From: Malassezia furfur
Taxonomy: Eukaryota
Assembly (NCBI GenBank): GCA_052055015.1
Contig: JBQJIT010000037.1
Strand: one strand, 5' to 3'
DNA: 45,828 bases
A model generated the notes under the pieces. That model saw nothing but the letters and a program-made list of their open reading frames with translations. It ran no database searches and had not been told where the DNA came from. The position numbers and the translations under genes were made by a program. Shown here one piece after another: positions 43,485 to 45,828 of this stretch. Each line of letters starts with the position of its first letter. Positions within the stretch are counted from its first letter, which is position 1.

Positions 43485-44684
43485 ATGGTGCTCCAGCCCG
43501 CACCGCCGGTGAACGCGGGCGTGCGCCCGCCGCCGCCCGCCCACTTTGGCAGGTACCACTTCCCGTCGAACCTCGCCGCCCTCGGCCCTGCTGTATCGTT
43601 CTCACCGCGCGCCATGCCACACACCGCCCAGTCGCGCGCACCGCCGCCCACCGAGCCGCCACCACCGACCGGGCCTGTGCGTTTGTACGGCCCGGACGTG
43701 GGCGACCACTTTGTGCATCATACGTCGCAGAGAGGTGAATCAGACACGCAAACGCTGCCGTCATCTACGCTATCGCAGTGGATCGACGGTGATTGTCGCC
43801 AGCAGCTCACGAGCCTGGACCTGTATGTCCACCTGCACCGCACCGCCGCGAAGCTCGCCACCTTTGCGCAGAACACGGCACCCGACACACAGGAGCTTGC
43901 GCAACCTGCGCTCAAACTCGACCACACCACTGCCAGAGCGCTAGAGCTCACTACACCGACGCATACGCTGTCGATCGCGTGCGATTGTGTTGCGCCGCGC
44001 GCGCGCCTGGATCTGTATATGGTTGAGGCGCAGCGTGCCTCGCACACGCAGACACCCCCCACGTCCACGACGCACGGAGCACCGCACCCCCACGGCTGGC
44101 GCCTGGCGTCCGCCGACGTCGTGCACGGCCTCGAAATGTCCGTCACCCTTCCGCTGGTCCTCGACGAGCACTGGGAACCGGCCGACAGTACGGGCCCGCT
44201 GCATCTTGCAGTCGTGATGGAGGCGCTCGATGAGGATGGGCAGGTGCTGACCGAGCCCAACGCCGAGACAATGTACTTTACCGCCGAGCGTGCCGCGGAT
44301 AGCGGCACGTGGCGTCTGCACAACGGCGCACAGACCGTGTACATTCACGGCTATGCGATGCAGCTGCACCAGTTGTTTGGCATGACCGCGCACCAGGATG
44401 GCCCGGTGGTGCACGAGGGCGAGGAGGATGCGTCGCATGCCATGGCGATCGACCCGGATCTGAACAACGACGCCACCGAATGCCCCATCTGCATGACGCT
44501 CGAGCCGACGACCATCCTGCTGCCGTGCACGCATGCGCTGTGTCTCGAGTGTGCGGCACGCATCCGCGAGAGCGTCGAAAAGTCGCGTATGCACGATGTC
44601 AACCACGGTCGTGTGCCACGGCTGCGGTATGCGTGTCCCATCTGCCGTGCGTCGATCCAGTCGATGCTGGCCTTGTCGCGCTAA
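43485..44684 (+). CDS. C-terminal C3HC4 RING finger protein, putative E3 ligase
   Basis: ECPICMT....ILLPCTHALCLECA...ACPICRASI. Confidence 0.85.
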   Translation: MVLQPAPPVNAGVRPPPPAHFGRYHFPSNLAALGPAVSFSPRAMPHTAQSRAPPPTEPPPPTGPVRLYGPDVGDHFVHHTSQRGESDTQTLPSSTLSQWIDGDCRQQLTSLDLYVHLHRTAAKLATFAQNTAPDTQELAQPALKLDHTTARALELTTPTHTLSIACDCVAPRARLDLYMVEAQRASHTQTPPTSTTHGAPHPHGWRLASADVVHGLEMSVTLPLVLDEHWEPADSTGPLHLAVVMEALDEDGQVLTEPNAETMYFTAERAADSGTWRLHNGAQTVYIHGYAMQLHQLFGMTAHQDGPVVHEGEEDASHAMAIDPDLNNDATECPICMTLEPTTILLPCTHALCLECAARIRESVEKSRMHDVNHGRVPRLRYACPICRASIQSMLALSR

Positions 44685-44700
44685 GTGTAGTATAGAAGAG

Positions 44701-45828
44701 CTAGATAACGTCGTCCATCTCGAGGTCTTCGTCGTCGTCGGCACTCGCCTCGGCGCCGGCTTCGGCAGGCTTCTCGGCAGGCTTCTCGGCACCAGCCTCG
44801 GCGTCGGTGCGCGCGCGCTTTTGGGGCGCATCGTCGGTGCCCTCGGGCTCGGCGGCGCGCTTCGCGTCGTGGTCGAGCTGCGAGGCATAGCGCGTATAGT
44901 AGTCGACATCCACATCGACGTCCAGCGCCTCGGGCGCAGCACTCGCCTCGGCGACGCTCGCCTCCTCGGCGCGGCGCTCGGCGTCGACCTTGCCGAGGCC
45001 CGTCTGCTCGCCGCTGACCGTCGACGCCAGGTGCCACGCGGGCAGCGTATTCTGTGCGCGCTGCGCCTCCTCCTCGCGCGCGCGCTGCTGCTGCCGCACC
45101 AATTCGTTGGCTGGGTCGGTGCCGCTGAGCTCGACGGTGACCTGCGGCACCTTGGGCTTGGGCGGCGGACGCGCGCCGGGCACAAGCTGGGTGTCGTCGC
45201 GCTCCGTCTCGACCTTCCACGGTTGTTCGGCGGCGTTCTTGGCGAGCCACGCGTGGATGTCCATGGGCGGCAGCGCGACACCTTCAAGGCTGCGCAGCGC
45301 CTGCTGCACACCGTGCAGCTGCTCGTTGAATCGGGTCAGGGTATCTTTGGACTTGCGCACGTCGTCTGCATCCTCGTTGTCGACTAGCTCCGTGAAGCAG
45401 CCGGGCACCTCGCACACAAACACATTGCGCAGCGGGTCGAGGAGGTGGGCGACCTCGAGCGTGGAGTAGGATCGCTTGCAGCGCGGACACACGTACCCCT
45501 TGTTGTCGAGGCCGTTGCGCAAACGCGTGTCAATGTCGCGGCGCATCGCGAGCATGCGCCACTTGGTCACATCCAACACCTGCTTGTAGTCGATGTAGTA
45601 GTAGGTGCGCGCAAACGAGCGGCTCATCACCCCCTCCTTGGTCTCCTGCGTGCGGTGGATGGACACGATGCGGTCCTCAACCATCTTGGCCGCAAGCGAT
45701 CCGAGATCGCGGGCCTGCAAGCCCACGCGGCGCGCGAGCACATCGCTGGGGATCCTGCGTCAGCCTCAAAGCAACGACCTACACGACGACGCTCACGAGC
45801 TGGTCGATGAGCAGGATGTGCCCATCGT
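44701..45828 (-). CDS. TFA1: Transcription initiation factor TFIIE alpha subunit, 5'-truncated
   Basis: TYYYIDY...DVTKWR, Zn ribbon YVCPRCKRSYSTLEV..L......FVC...C..ELV.N, and NTLPAWH..STVSG. Intron 45755-45782; the frame is open to the window end. Confidence 0.93.

Overview
Gene-dense, GC-rich eukaryotic (fungal) chromosomal segment. The gene set, extreme compaction and very short GT..AG introns point to a basidiomycete yeast, most likely Malassezia (inference; no search was run). I can support 30 protein-coding genes, nearly all housekeeping. In order: forkhead TF (5'-truncated), class III aminotransferase, secreted/GPI protein, PYC, RPS18, mitoferrin, TMEM135-like, mL57, eIF3g, VMA4, mL54, RAX1, TBC GAP, YSH1, MCM4, MAD2, SIW14, ATP20, EXPERA protein, PCBD, DIB1, DML1, VPS16, GSH1, a UBP, UMP1, MTR4, NMD3, a RING protein and TFIIE-alpha (5'-truncated). 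The main hidden feature is a U1 snRNA gene (minus strand, 13585-13359). Its 5'-splice-site-recognition sequence AUACUU|ACCU is split by a 46-nt spliceosomal intron, so the U1 precursor must itself be spliced to become functional. By hand I placed 40 introns; 33 are only 21-28 nt, and nine are in-frame and stop-free. Other observations: a long-range stem that folds out the one long intron (RPS18), a recurrent CACGTG box in tiny bidirectional promoters, divergent start codons 21-54 nt apart, and convergent genes whose stop codons overlap in palindromes. No mobile elements, CRISPR arrays, tRNAs or rRNAs were seen.
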